DNA of 64,000 nucleotides from assembly GCA_965644315.1 (NCBI GenBank), contig CBFFRQ010000042.1, positions 558,001 to 622,000 on the forward strand, in the 5' to 3' direction. The notes beneath the pieces were generated by a model. That model was not told the origin of the DNA. It saw only the letters and a program-made list of their open reading frames with translations, and did not search any database. Position numbers and translations under genes: made by a program. Source of the DNA: Caecitellus pseudoparvulus (lineage: Eukaryota > Protista > Bigyra: Bicosoecida). Positions 12,335-23,124 of the stretch are shown here, one piece after another (within the stretch, counting starts at the first letter, position 1; the number at the start of each line of letters is the position of its first letter).

Positions 12335-14254
12335 TCAAACCTTGCGAGGGGGAGATGTTGGCGATCCCCACTCCGAGACGAGGGACACATCGTCTTGGAT
12401 GTGCGGCGCATCGTCTGCCAGGGCCTTGGGCCCGAAGCCTAGCGCGGTGCGGAGGCGCCTGCGCTGGTCATGGCGCATGCCCTCCTCCAGCGCGGCTGGC
12501 AGGGCCAACATGTCACGCCGCGTCTCCGGCGGAAGATGTGCCCACTCTTCTTCAGGCGGCGCCTGCCGCAGGCGAGCATGGGCCAGCGCCAAGGCCTGAA
12601 CCAGCGCTGCGTCGGCAAGGGCAGCGTGCTGGTCCTGGCTGGGTAGAGGGGCGCTGGCATAGAAAAGACTTGCATACGCGGCGCGCGTCAGAGCACTGCC
12701 CCGCAGCACCATGCGCACAGCGGAGGCGAACAGCTCCGCGGCTGTGCCTTGGTCAGGGCCTGGAGCTGGCGCAGGCAGGGGGCAGTCGTTGTGGAAGCGG
12801 ACGGGGACACAAGTGACGCTGCCTGCAGGGCTGTGGGCAGCCAGCACGCTTGAGCCTTTCACCGTGGCCGTGGTGCGAATGCCAGGCGCCGCTGCCACGT
12901 CGCAGTGCGTGTGCACGAGCGGCAGCTCGTTGAAGCGGCGCGGGTCTGCATGGGCAGGCAAAGGGTGCAGCATGTCGGCTGCTTCCTCAAGACACGCCAC
13001 GAGGAAGGAGTCATCGGAAAGCAGCACGGCTGTGCTGGTCCTGCCCGCCACAACACGCCGCACCGCAACGGAGCCGGCTGCCGAGTTGTCCAGGTGGGCC
13101 AGGGACAGCGCGAGGACAGGCAGGCCGGCATCCTCCGTTGCGCCCAAGGCCTCTGCCGCGCCTGCCATCCACAGGCGGCGCCTGGTGTCCACAAAGACGG
13201 TGTGGTGGGCACCCGCCGCGACATGTGTGACTTGAGGCGGGGGAAGCTCAGGGGTGTCCGGCGCCGGGAGGGACACCAGGAGGGGGGTGGAGGCGAAGCC
13301 GCCAACGTGGCCCAGGCCCAGCTGCCCCCGGGAATTGTCCCCCACCACGACGGCGGATCCCTTGGCGGTGCAGCACACGAGGTGGTTTGCCCCTGCGCTC
13401 AGTCTCACAACGGTGCAGCCGTGCAGGCCAGGCACTGGGGAGATGCTGTGCACGGGAGGAGCGGAAGCCGACGGCACACACTGCCCGGCCATGAACAGCG
13501 CTCCGCCCACAAGCACAACTGTACTGTCTTGCGTGGCGGCCACGGCGCTAGCGCGCCGCAGTGGCAGGCGACTGGGCAGGGCTGCCGAGGCAACTGTGTC
13601 CCCCAACCCCAAAGCACCCGTGAGGCTGGTGCCCCAGGTGTACACTTCCCCCTTGGCCCCCAGCAGGACGGCATGGGAGGCGCCACACGCCAGGTCGGTG
13701 ATTGGCACACTGGGGTGCCAGGTGCGTGGCGAAGGCCGCCGGGCACCCAGCAGCTTGCGAGGCGTGTCCCGGTGCGCCACCTCGTCCTCGTGGTCCCACT
13801 GCCCGAAACGCCACACGCGCCCTTTCGTGTCACACGCGAGGAAGCCGTCACTGCTAAGGCCAAGGCCGGTGAGGCACACGCCTTTCCTTGCCAGGGCTTG
13901 CAGCATGGAAGCGCAGTGCTCCGTGGACCAGCTGGTGTTGGTGCTGGTGATGATGGCAGGTATCGTCCGCACCGTGCTGGCATGTGGCATAAGAGACGAG
14001 GCCACCTGATCGCCGATGGCGTGCAGGCACGAGCGGCAGGCACCCTGCGGCGCGGTGGCTCCTCCGCGTGCTTCAGCAGCGCAGGGGTTTGGCATCGATT
14101 TCCGCGCGGGGGGAGTGCTCCGCGAAGCCTGGGACTGGAATGCGCAATGCAGGGTGCGCTTGGCTGAGTGCTGTGGGGAACAGGCTGCCCTCCACTGCCT
14201 CAGCGCTGCGCTGGCCTGGGGTGTGTGCTTGGATGTGCTGGTGGCCGCCGCCAT
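12335..14254 (-). CDS. RCC1-repeat (RLD) beta-propeller protein
   Basis: RCC1 repeats LACGASHAVLLGAKGEVYTWG...GALGLG, LSAGANHLV...GDNSRGQLGLG and VAAGAHHTVFV. Start codon and a possible 5' intron are uncertain. Confidence 0.8.
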   Translation of the reverse strand: MAAATSTSKHTPQASAALRQWRAACSPQHSAKRTLHCAFQSQASRSTPPARKSMPNPCAAEARGGATAPQGACRSCLHAIGDQVASSLMPHASTVRTIPAIITSTNTSWSTEHCASMLQALARKGVCLTGLGLSSDGFLACDTKGRVWRFGQWDHEDEVAHRDTPRKLLGARRPSPRTWHPSVPITDLACGASHAVLLGAKGEVYTWGTSLTGALGLGDTVASAALPSRLPLRRASAVAATQDSTVVLVGGALFMAGQCVPSASAPPVHSISPVPGLHGCTVVRLSAGANHLVCCTAKGSAVVVGDNSRGQLGLGHVGGFASTPLLVSLPAPDTPELPPPQVTHVAAGAHHTVFVDTRRRLWMAGAAEALGATEDAGLPVLALSLAHLDNSAAGSVAVRRVVAGRTSTAVLLSDDSFLVACLEEAADMLHPLPAHADPRRFNELPLVHTHCDVAAAPGIRTTATVKGSSVLAAHSPAGSVTCVPVRFHNDCPLPAPAPGPDQGTAAELFASAVRMVLRGSALTRAAYASLFYASAPLPSQDQHAALADAALVQALALAHARLRQAPPEEEWAHLPPETRRDMLALPAALEEGMRHDQRRRLRTALGFGPKALADDAPHIQDDVSLVSEWGSPTSPPRKV

Positions 14255-14382
14255 GCCGCGTGTTGTGACTTGCAGCGCCGCACCGCAAAGGGTGGAGCGC
14301 ACGACTCGCAGCGCACGGCTGCAGCGGGGTAGAAAGCAACACATTGCAGTACATTGTGATGCAATTTTACGGCCTGGCCTGC

Positions 14383-17300
14383 TCACGCAGATGGCGCAGG
14401 GGGCCTGCGTGTCAGGCCCAGCTCTGCCCGAGCATGGGTGGTGGCGTTCTTGACTGCCTTGGCGACGGCCCGTCGCATGGCTTCCTTCAGCCCAGCAGTG
14501 CGCGGCGTGGTGTCCCCATCGCCGCTCGACCGCGCGGCCCGGCGAGACGTGCGGCGGGTGGCAGGCACCGCGCTGGCGGCCTCCGAGCCCTGCGCAGAGG
14601 GGGGCTGCAGGGACAATCTGACCCCCCCTCCCGCTTCCTGCCTGGCCCGCTTGGCGGCCGACTGCATGGCAGCAGCGAGGGACTGGCGCAGGGCGGTGGC
14701 AGGCACTGGATCCGGCACCTCCTCCACGGAGCCCCCCCCGGAGCTGGCGCTGTCCACACTGCTGCCTCGCCCGCGCTTGCGCCCCCCCCTCGGCAGCGGG
14801 CTGGCAGCGCTGCTGGCGACGTCATCGCCCACGCCAGCCGCCAGCGCGGCGCTGATGGCAGCTGTGCCTGTGCACACGAGGCTGTGCAGGGGGGACGTCT
14901 GCGGCACGGAGCTACGGAGGCGTGCCAGGGCCAGGGGCACTTCCTCCCGCCCCAGCTGCCCCACCGCCTCCCGTGTCATGGCGTCCATGTCCACCTGCTG
15001 CCGCACTGCCGCCGCCAGCAACTCGGGGTCCTGCAGGATGTCCGCGGCCTTCACGAAGCGCCCCTTCACTCGTAGTCGGTTGTTGGCCAGTTTCTGCCGG
15101 TGGTCGTACTTGATCTGCTTCACGCGGTCCCACACGCGCCGGCGCCGGGCGTAGTACCAATTTGCTACCCGCGCCACGCGCTGGACGAGGGTGTAGGCGC
15201 CCCGCCACACAATGGCCCGGCTTCGGGCACTGCTGCCACCGTAGTGGGCCGTGTGCAGCTGGCGCTGCAGCTGCTGCACTGAGATGCGCGTGGCCCTGTC
15301 CGGGGGGATCTCGTACATGGACCGCGGGTCGCGCAGCATCCCCCCTGTGACGGAAGTGAGGATGCCCACTGCGATGGCGGGCAGGGTGGCAAAGGTGGGG
15401 CGGTACCCGCCCGGCACGCGCCGCAGCCCCACCCGGAAACGGCCGTCAATGGTGAAGTGCGCTGGGCCCCCGCCGCCGCCGCCGCCAGTGCGGGCCCTGC
15501 CAGGCGAGCGCAGGGCCAGGCGGCCAGGGGATGCGCCCCACGCTTCACGTGCCCCGCCTGCACTGCTGCCACCTGCCCGGCGCTGGGCGGGGGTGGGGGT
15601 GCGGTGTGAGGAGGAGCCCCCCCCCCCTCCACCACTGCGCTTCCGGGAGGGCGTGGGGGCTGGTGCCGACGCCTTGGCCGAAGCTCCCTGGCGCTGCCCA
15701 GCCAAGGGCAGTCCAGCCGACGCCGTGAGCGGCACTGCCAGCGGTGCCATGATTTCGGCGCCGTAGGAGGAGCGGGGTGCAGGCGTGGTGGTGGCAGCGG
15801 CGGCGGCGGCGCCCCACCCTGCAGCACCGGGGGCTGCGCCACTGCCCCCCTCGCCAGACTGCCCCGCCCCCGCCGTGAGCTGCCCCATGAGGGGCGTCTG
15901 GGGCCCCAGAGCACTGTCCACCGAGGCCAGGCTGAAGGAGCGGTGGCGCCCGCCACGTGCCTTGGGGGGAGCGGACCCCGGGGCGGCGAGGCTGGGCAGG
16001 GCATGTCCGCCGTGCCCGCCGGGCGAGCCTGCGCCGGGCCTGGCCTGGGCACTGCCGGTATCTGGGGGCTGGCGGGGGTATGCCGTGAAGGCCACCACCA
16101 TGTCCCCCCCCGGCTCCGACTCGTCGTCGTCGTCCTCCACCAGCAGGCCGCCCTCCCCCCCCAGCAGGGCCAAGTCAGCCACGTCGTCGTCGTCCTCCAC
16201 CAACAGCGCCTCGTCGTCCCCCTCCCCGCTGTCCGAGTCCTCCTCCTCATCCAGGGCGGGGCCCCCCGTGTCTGCGATGTGAGCGGCCATGGCCTCCAGC
16301 AGCTGGTGCAGGTGGGCGCTGCCGCTGTCCCAGCTGCCCACTGTGTTGTGGGTGGGTGGCCCCGTGCTGCCGTGGTCCAGCAGGCTGTCTGCGTCTCCCA
16401 GCGGCAGCAGCAGCATCAGCTCAGCCAAGCTGCCCGTGCTGTTGGCTCGTTCGCGGCCCCCGGAGGCAGGCCCGGGTGCAGCGTGGGGTGCGGGGGGGCC
16501 TGCAGCACTGCCTCCATCTCCCTCTGTCGGCTGCTCAGCGCTGCGTGCTGCGACGCTGGCAGCAAGGCCAGCCGCGAGAGTGGCGGCAGGCGGCGGCGCA
16601 GTCACGTCCCCCAGCCCACGAGGCGTGCCGACCGCTGGCCGGGCAGCAGTGGTGGAGTCCAGCGTGCCAGCCCGCAGCCTGCCCACGCTGGTGCCTTCGC
16701 TGCTGAGGGAGACGGCGCTGCCGACTCGCCTGCGGGGAGGGTGGGCACTGGGCGGGCCGGCGTCCCCCCCTCGCACGCCGCTTGACACCCCCCCTCCCGA
16801 CGACGTGCTGCCCCCCTTGCTTTCCGGTGAGGCATGCAGGGTGTGGCCTTGCGTCTGGCTCAGCTCCAGCAGGGCTGACCCCAGGGCCTCCCCGCCGCCC
16901 TCCCCCACACTCTCTGCCCGCGCACGGCTGGCCGGTGCCAGGAACCGGGCTGCAACAGAGTCCACAGCCGGGGGGGCGCTGCTGCAGCGACGCAGGGAGG
17001 GCTCTGTAGTCGTCAGAGACGCGGGTGTGTGGCTGGGCGCAGGGAAGGTGAGGGGCTGGCCTTCCCCGCTGGGCGACGCAAGAGCCACAGGCGCGCTGCG
17101 TGCTGCCAGCGCCACTGGGTCACCCATGGCAGGCGGTGCAAGGCTCCCGAGGCCTGTCCCACCCAGCCCAGCGATATCTCCAAGTCCCAGGCGCTGGGGG
17201 TTGCTCGGTGGCACCAGCCCGAGGCGCTCCTGCTCTGCATCACCCTGCAACGTGTTCTGTGCGGCGCTGCCTGAAACGCCGGCCCGTGCAAACGCCGCAT

Positions 17301-17616
17301 GGGACAAGTCCATGCTGTTGCCCCGGGACCGCCCGGGAATTTCAAGACTCAAATGCTCCAGCCTGCTCTGTGCGTCAGGCTGGGAGCTGGCGGGCCCCTT
17401 GCGCGCTGCTCGGGGTGGTCGCCCTTGCACGCGCCGAGCACCTGTGCTGGGTTTGGTTTTCCGCGCACTCGGTGCAGCTGATCCTATCATGGCCATCATG
17501 TCCATGTCGCTGGGCGTGCGGGGGCGCCGGGGAGGCCGAGACCCTTCCAGCCTCCCACTTTCGTCCCCCTCCCCCTCGAACGCCGAGGCGATGCTCATGC
17601 CGCGGTCACGCTGCAT
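14383..17616 (-). CDS. CCT (CONSTANS/CO-like/TOC1) domain protein with long disordered N-terminus
   Basis: GAYTLVQRVARVANW...RRRRVWDRVKQIKYDHRQKLANNRLRVKGRFVK matches the CCT consensus (Y..RK..A..R.RVKGRF.K). The ORF is open upstream to 17856, so the start is uncertain. Confidence 0.85.
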   Translation of the reverse strand: MQRDRGMSIASAFEGEGDESGRLEGSRPPRRPRTPSDMDMMAMIGSAAPSARKTKPSTGARRVQGRPPRAARKGPASSQPDAQSRLEHLSLEIPGRSRGNSMDLSHAAFARAGVSGSAAQNTLQGDAEQERLGLVPPSNPQRLGLGDIAGLGGTGLGSLAPPAMGDPVALAARSAPVALASPSGEGQPLTFPAPSHTPASLTTTEPSLRRCSSAPPAVDSVAARFLAPASRARAESVGEGGGEALGSALLELSQTQGHTLHASPESKGGSTSSGGGVSSGVRGGDAGPPSAHPPRRRVGSAVSLSSEGTSVGRLRAGTLDSTTAARPAVGTPRGLGDVTAPPPAATLAAGLAASVAARSAEQPTEGDGGSAAGPPAPHAAPGPASGGRERANSTGSLAELMLLLPLGDADSLLDHGSTGPPTHNTVGSWDSGSAHLHQLLEAMAAHIADTGGPALDEEEDSDSGEGDDEALLVEDDDDVADLALLGGEGGLLVEDDDDESEPGGDMVVAFTAYPRQPPDTGSAQARPGAGSPGGHGGHALPSLAAPGSAPPKARGGRHRSFSLASVDSALGPQTPLMGQLTAGAGQSGEGGSGAAPGAAGWGAAAAAATTTPAPRSSYGAEIMAPLAVPLTASAGLPLAGQRQGASAKASAPAPTPSRKRSGGGGGGSSSHRTPTPAQRRAGGSSAGGAREAWGASPGRLALRSPGRARTGGGGGGGPAHFTIDGRFRVGLRRVPGGYRPTFATLPAIAVGILTSVTGGMLRDPRSMYEIPPDRATRISVQQLQRQLHTAHYGGSSARSRAIVWRGAYTLVQRVARVANWYYARRRRVWDRVKQIKYDHRQKLANNRLRVKGRFVKAADILQDPELLAAAVRQQVDMDAMTREAVGQLGREEVPLALARLRSSVPQTSPLHSLVCTGTAAISAALAAGVGDDVASSAASPLPRGGRKRGRGSSVDSASSGGGSVEEVPDPVPATALRQSLAAAMQSAAKRARQEAGGGVRLSLQPPSAQGSEAASAVPATRRTSRRAARSSGDGDTTPRTAGLKEAMRRAVAKAVKNATTHARAELGLTRRPPAPSA

Positions 17617-18003
17617 GTTGAAGGCGCTGCCAAGGCGGCCTGCGGAATTTGCTTCCCGAACCCACAACACGCCAACACCTCTGCGTTTCAGGCGCGCCGC
17701 TCCCTTCCTGGAGCAGCGCTGGCTGGCCTGGAGTGACTGTGTGTGGGTGTTGATTTGAACTGCGCGAGCCTGGCGACGGATGCTGTCTGCAGAGCTCACT
17801 CGGGGGGTCGCCCCTGAACCTGCGTGCCGCTCAAAGTTGTCCTGCTGCCAGCTCATCGCGAATCAACTGCCTGGTCGAGAAGGGCCCCCGTGCAGCAGGC
17901 AAATCGCACACGACTTAGTCCACCCCGGCACCTGGCTTGGCTGTGCACCCTCTCAGCGTGCCTTGCACGCCTGTGCTGCTGCCTTTGAGCCCTTTGGCGC
18001 ACC

Positions 18004-18014
18004 TGCGGAAATCG
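18004..18014. promoter_or_regulatory. Example of the recurrent C[GA]ATTTCCGC element, 5 nt upstream of the hisD ATG
   Basis: TGCGGAAATCG; one of at least 14 copies in the window (see findings). Confidence 0.6.
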
Positions 18015-18019
18015 GCGCC

Positions 18020-19472
18020 ATGGCTGCTGCACCTGTCACCTTCACCGGGTTGAAGCGTGTGGCGCCGTCCGAGGTCGCAGCGCTGCAGCTGGACCCCATC
18101 GACGACAAAACACGGCAGCAGGCCCTGGACATTGTGCAGAAAGTCAAGAGTGGCGGCGAGGAGGCCCTCTTGGAGCTGGCAACTCAATTCAAGGATCTGC
18201 CGGAAGGTGCGCAGTGACGAATGCGTGCTGCACTGCGAGGCTCAGCTCACAGCTCCTGCGTTGCCCTGTTCAGGAGCGAAGCACCTGCTGTCACCCGAGG
18301 ACCTGAAAGCGGCGTATGATGCCCTGCCACTGGTCAGTGACGGCCCGCAGGCCCGCTCATGAAGCCCTGCCGTCAGTGGTGCACTGCCTCTCGCCATGCC
18401 TCCCCCCCCGCAGAGCCAGCAAGAGCTGTTGCAGCGCGTGGCAGGGCGCATCCGCGCCTTTGCCCAAGCACAAGTGGATTCTCTGAAGCCCATGGAGATG
18501 GCGGTGCCAGGCGGCCGGGCCGGGCACACCATCGCGCCTGTCGCTGCTGCTGGCTGCTACGCGCCGGGCGGCCGGTACCCCCTGCCCTCCTCCGTGCTCA
18601 TGACGGCCATCACGGCGCGCGTGGCGGGGGTCAAGGCGGTGTATGTGGCCTCCCCTCGCCCCCACCCCATCACTCTCGGCGCCGCCCACGTCGCTGGCGC
18701 AGACGGCCTCCTCGCCATCGGCGGTGCACAGGCCATCGCAGCCATGGCCTACGGCATCGGGGGCTTGCCCCCCGCTGACGTCATCGCCGGCCCCGGCAAC
18801 CGCTGGGTGACCGCCGCCAAGGCCTTCGTGGCCAGCAGTGGTGTCTGCGCCATCGACATGCTGGCTGGCCCCTCGGAGTGCCTGGTGCTGGCAGACGAGA
18901 CGGCCGACCCGGCGGTCGTGGCAGCGGACCTGCTGGCGCAGGCGGAACACGACACGGACGCCCTCCCCGTGCTTGTCACGACACACGAGCCCCTGGCGCA
19001 GGCTGTGGATGAGGAGCTGCAGAAACAGCTGGCGCAGCTGCCCACGGCGCCTGTCGCGGCAGCAGCGGCTGCCAAGGGCCTCGCCGTCGTGGCGGGCAGC
19101 CTGGAGGAAGCCATCGCAGTCAGCGACCGCATCGCGCCGGAGCACCTAGAGGTCATGACTGCCGACGCCGAGGGCGTGGGGCAGCGCCTGAGCAACTACG
19201 GCGCACTGTTTGTCGGCACCGCCGCCGCGGAGGTCTTTGGCGACTACGGCGCTGGGCCAAACCACGTCTTGCCCACCAGTGGCACGGCGCGCTTCACGGG
19301 GGGCCTCTCCGTCTTCACCTTCCTCCGCGTCCGCACGCACATCGTGGCAAGCACGGGGGCGGACCCTGCTGGCCTGCAGCAGCTGGTGCAGGACAGCGCT
19401 GCCCTGGCTGAGCTAGAGGGGCTCATCGGGCACCAACGCAGCGCCCTGGCGCGTGGCACTGCTTCTGAATGA
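18020..19472 (+). CDS. hisD: Histidinol dehydrogenase (monofunctional), 3 exons
   Basis: Motifs GCYAPGGRYPLPSSVLM, IGGAQAIAAMAYG, GPGNRWV, IDMLAGPSE, DLLAQAEHD, APEHLEV and GDYGAGPNHVLPT. Introns at 18207-18273 and 18333-18413. Confidence 0.95.
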
Positions 19473-19522
19473 CGCGCTCAATGCATGCACCCGGCCCTGC
19501 GCGTCGCCGTCGTCCTTGCACC

Positions 19523-20359
19523 CTACGAGCGAGTGAGCATGGCTGCAGCCCACTTGCCCACTCGCCTGCGACGGGCCAGGTGCACGGTGGCTGAGCTGCC
19601 CCAGGACATGGGCAGCTTGCTCTCCCACGTGCTGTGTGTGAACAGCTTGCTGGGCAGCCGGGTGGTGGTGGTGATGACGAGGGAGTCCCCAGGCAAGCTC
19701 TCCAGGCTTCGCCCCAGCGCCTGCATCTGCGCGATGTTCAGGGCTGTGCTGTTGCAGAACACGACCAGAGGTTGCCTGGCGCTGGAGCTGGGCTGGGCAG
19801 CTTGCAGCCAGCAGTCTGTGTCGAACATGCTGCCTTCCAGCAGCAGGATGTCACGGCTCACCCCGTTATGCTCAGTGCGGAGCGGGGCGAGGGACGGGCG
19901 AACACCCTCTGCAGCCGCCTCAGCAGCAGGCGGAAAGGCAGCCTGCAAGGCAACCGCTCTCTCCGAGGCAGCCTGGGCCCGTGCTGGGTCCACCTCAACG
20001 CCGACGCACGTCGTGAAGCGGCAGCTGCACCACGCTGCCGCAACCGCCACACCTGCGCCGCTGCCCAGGTCGACGAAGACACTGCCCGCAGCAGGGAGCG
20101 GGAGGCTGCTCAAAAAATCGGCAAAGGGCCCTAGCAGCACCTCGCCATACACGTGGGATAGGTCCAAGTGCCCCCCCTGCTCACTTGGTGGTCTGCAGGC
20201 TGAGGGTGTGACTGCGCAAGTTGCCTGCACACCACCTTCTGTGGAGTGAGGTTCTTGGGCGGAGAAAGCAGGCCACAACTTATCTACTTCACGGACAAGG
20301 TCGGCATCTGGCGCTTCCCTGCCTTGGTCGCTGGCGGCTGCTTGCTTCGCCTCCGCCAT
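19523..20359 (-). CDS. Class I SAM-dependent methyltransferase, DOT1-like
   Basis: Motifs VYGEV, FVDLGSGAG, CVGVEVDPAR, VVFCNST and PMSWG. Confidence 0.75.
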   Translation of the reverse strand: MAEAKQAAASDQGREAPDADLVREVDKLWPAFSAQEPHSTEGGVQATCAVTPSACRPPSEQGGHLDLSHVYGEVLLGPFADFLSSLPLPAAGSVFVDLGSGAGVAVAAAWCSCRFTTCVGVEVDPARAQAASERAVALQAAFPPAAEAAAEGVRPSLAPLRTEHNGVSRDILLLEGSMFDTDCWLQAAQPSSSARQPLVVFCNSTALNIAQMQALGRSLESLPGDSLVITTTTRLPSKLFTHSTWESKLPMSWGSSATVHLARRRRVGKWAAAMLTRS

Positions 20360-20569
20360 GTCCGCCAACTGTGTGCGCCACGGAAACCTTGCCGACACCC
20401 TGGTGGGCGACAGAGCAGTGTTGGGGTCCGGGAAAAACGAAAACAACCCCACCCATTTAAGCTAGAAAAGTATTTTCACGCTATTTCTCATAGTTCAGGT
20501 TGTGTATGCTCTGTAGCAGCTTCAAGTAGGAGCTTGTGCGGCCTCCGCCCAAATCGCGGAAATTGAAAC

Positions 20570-22758
20570 ATGACCAGCCCTGCCTCCAGGCGCAGAAGGT
20601 GCGCAGCATTGTTCTGAGCGCGGTACTACTGGCAAAATTCATGAGAGACAGCGCAAATATCATTGCCATACCTGCCCCCGTTCGCAGGCGGGCTGCTAGG
20701 AGTCAAGAGCCGGCGCGCACTCCAGCAGCTTTCAGCCCGATCACATCATCGCGGCAAGGTGAGTCCCTCTCACCGTCCACGCGGAAATGGCACACCTTGT
20801 CACCCCAGGCCACCTTACCCTACCCAGACGAGGAATCATTCGCCAGAGCCCTGGACTCTGCAAGCGAGCTGCGCTTGGGGCCAGCTGCCGACACGATCTC
20901 CACAGCCGCCAGCCCAGACAGGCCAGAGTGGATCCAGCCACAAACTCCTCCCCAGGGCAGCTCAGGGCGCAGGGGAATCCGAAGACCCAAGCAATCGCAC
21001 CATTTGCCTTCCTCTACCACCCCCTCCTTTCGGATGGCCCAGCGCAGCACGCCGATGCACTCTTCGCCGCTCGTGCCGCGCACCGTGCACCACGGGGAGG
21101 CCAGCAGTGACTGGGGGGGCGGGGACGACGAGGTGGGGGCTCCAGTGCCCCCGGGGATCACCCCGCAGCTCAGCACTGTGCCGGAGGTCAGCAACGATGG
21201 TGCAGCACCCCTCCCTGCTGCCCCCTCTGTCACTGGACCTGCGCAGCGCCCGGCAAGGCCACAACATGCAGGCACTGCTGCGTTGTTGGACGGGGCCGTG
21301 CGGCCCATTCCCAGCCCAGGGCGTGCCACGCTCGTGCAGGACATGACTGCTCACTTGCTTGCGCAGTGTGGCCCTGACCCCCCCGCTGCTCCCCGAAGCG
21401 CACCCTCGTCGCCCGGACTGGCGTGTGCCTCAGCAGTGCAGCACGAGCAACTCCGCACCAGTGCGCAACTGCGCCAGTTGGAGGTGGTAGGGCCAGGCGC
21501 CCCATTGCCCGCTGTGCAAGCCACCAAGCAGGGCCTTGCAGAAGGCGCGGCAATAGTTGCAGCACAGCGTGAAGCAGAGAGGCAGGAAGCAGAGAGACTG
21601 GAAGCAGAGCAGCGTGAAGCAGAGCAGCGTGAAGCAGAGAGGCAGGAAGCAGAGAGACTGGAAGCAGAGAGGCAGGAAGCAGAGAGACTGGAAGCAGAGA
21701 GGCAGGAAGCAGAGAGGCGGGAAGCAGGGGCTGCTGCCGCAACTCCCGCATCATCTTCGCAAACTGCCTCCACGGCCACAGCGCCAGAGTTCGACTTGGC
21801 TGCCTTGCGAAGTGCCTACCTTGAGCAAAAAGCCACCACCAAGCGCCATTTTGGCAGTGAGTTTGACACGGGGTATGCTGACGAAGACACCTACCCGCGC
21901 GAGGAGCGGCTGTTTGAGCAGGCCACCTTGGCTCGAAACGCGTTGACGTCCGAAGCTGCAAGCGTGGATGACTACGTGCGCAAGATGAAGCGTGCATACG
22001 AAGAGCTGGGCAGCTGCTACAGCTCTGACCCGGGGGTGGTAGCTGCTGCCCGCAACGCCCTACTGGGCAGCATCGTGGATGCGATGGTGGTTGGTCGGTC
22101 CCCCGTGGGTGACACGTACAGCATCGCACAGGACTTCGCCAAAGACGCCGCCAGCGCCAGGGTCATCATGCGTCTGGCAGATGACGTGCCTGGGGTCCTG
22201 GACATGGCTCTTGGCTGCATCGTGGACCTGGTGCCTGAGCTGGCAGGAGCGCCCCGACGCGCTGACCAAGCGCTGCCCTGCACCACCCCCCAAGGCGAAA
22301 CTGACCACCTTTTCCTCCAAGTTGGTGCGCTGGCTGTGCTGGGGTCTATGGTGGGAGCTGCAGACCGCAGCAAGCCTCCTCAGGAAGCCCTCGTCACGAT
22401 GGCGTGGAAGCTCGCTGTGCGGTGCACGAAGTCCAGCTTCCAGTGCAGCATCGGGGACGGCGTGGTGCTGTTTGCGCCACTGCTGTGGATGCTGTGGTCC
22501 CGTGCTGGGATCAAGCTGCGTGAGCGCTTCCCGCGATCCGCACCCCGGCTGTGGGCGGCCCTGCACGAGCAGTGGCTTGCGCCAGCCTCAGCCACAGACG
22601 CCTCGTGTCGCCTTCTGCATGCGATTCCTCAAGATCGCCACCCACAGGCAGTATTTTTCCTGCACAAACTGCAGGGCAAGTTGTTAGCTGATAGAGCACA
22701 TGGGTATGCCCATGCTGCTCCATGCCAGGAGCAAGACGGGGGTGCGCACTCTGCGTGA
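20570..22758 (+). CDS. GLE1-like mRNA export factor (disordered N-terminus, charged coiled coil, helical C-domain)
   Basis: Proposed ATG 20570 with introns 20599-20687 and 20759-20827. The C-terminal segment MAWKLAVR...LWSRAGIKLRERF...LWAALHEQWL follows the GLE1 pattern (AW.WL.R...FL..AG..L...Y..QF.KLL). Recognised by eye only. Confidence 0.5.
21571..21720 (+). repeat. 15-bp tandem repeat x10 encoding EAE[R/Q][Q/L/R]
   Basis: GAAGCAGAG recurs every 15 nt. Confidence 0.95.
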
Positions 22759-23124
22759 GCACCAAGGTGCGCACTTTTGCACGCTTTGCCGCGTCGCCCC
22801 CGGACAACCATCCCGGTGCCTGTTTAAAATGCACTCGACAGGCGTTTTGCATGTCCGCTTGTACTTCTGTTTTGCCCCAATGCAGCTGCTGGGGCTCCCT
22901 CCTGTGCTGCCATGCACATGGTCACCCCAGCGTTTCGTCCACGTGCAAGCACTACGCGTACTTTCAGCTCCGTGAGGCTGTGCTGTGCTCAGCGCAAACT
23001 CAGCAACCTCATCGATCAGCGAAGAACTGAAGCATTACATCATTTAGCCAGGTTTGTCCGTTGACCAGGGCCCAGGTCATTCAGGTGGGGTGCACCGATA
23101 GGGGCAGCGTTTCACTTGATCCAC

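Noticed and set aside
18020-19472. Bacterial operon or contamination (hisD, oligopeptidase A, ribokinase, SulP)
   Set aside because: hisD, ribokinase and SulP contain spliceosomal introns, oligopeptidase A has an organellar-type presequence, and all are interleaved with eukaryote-specific genes.
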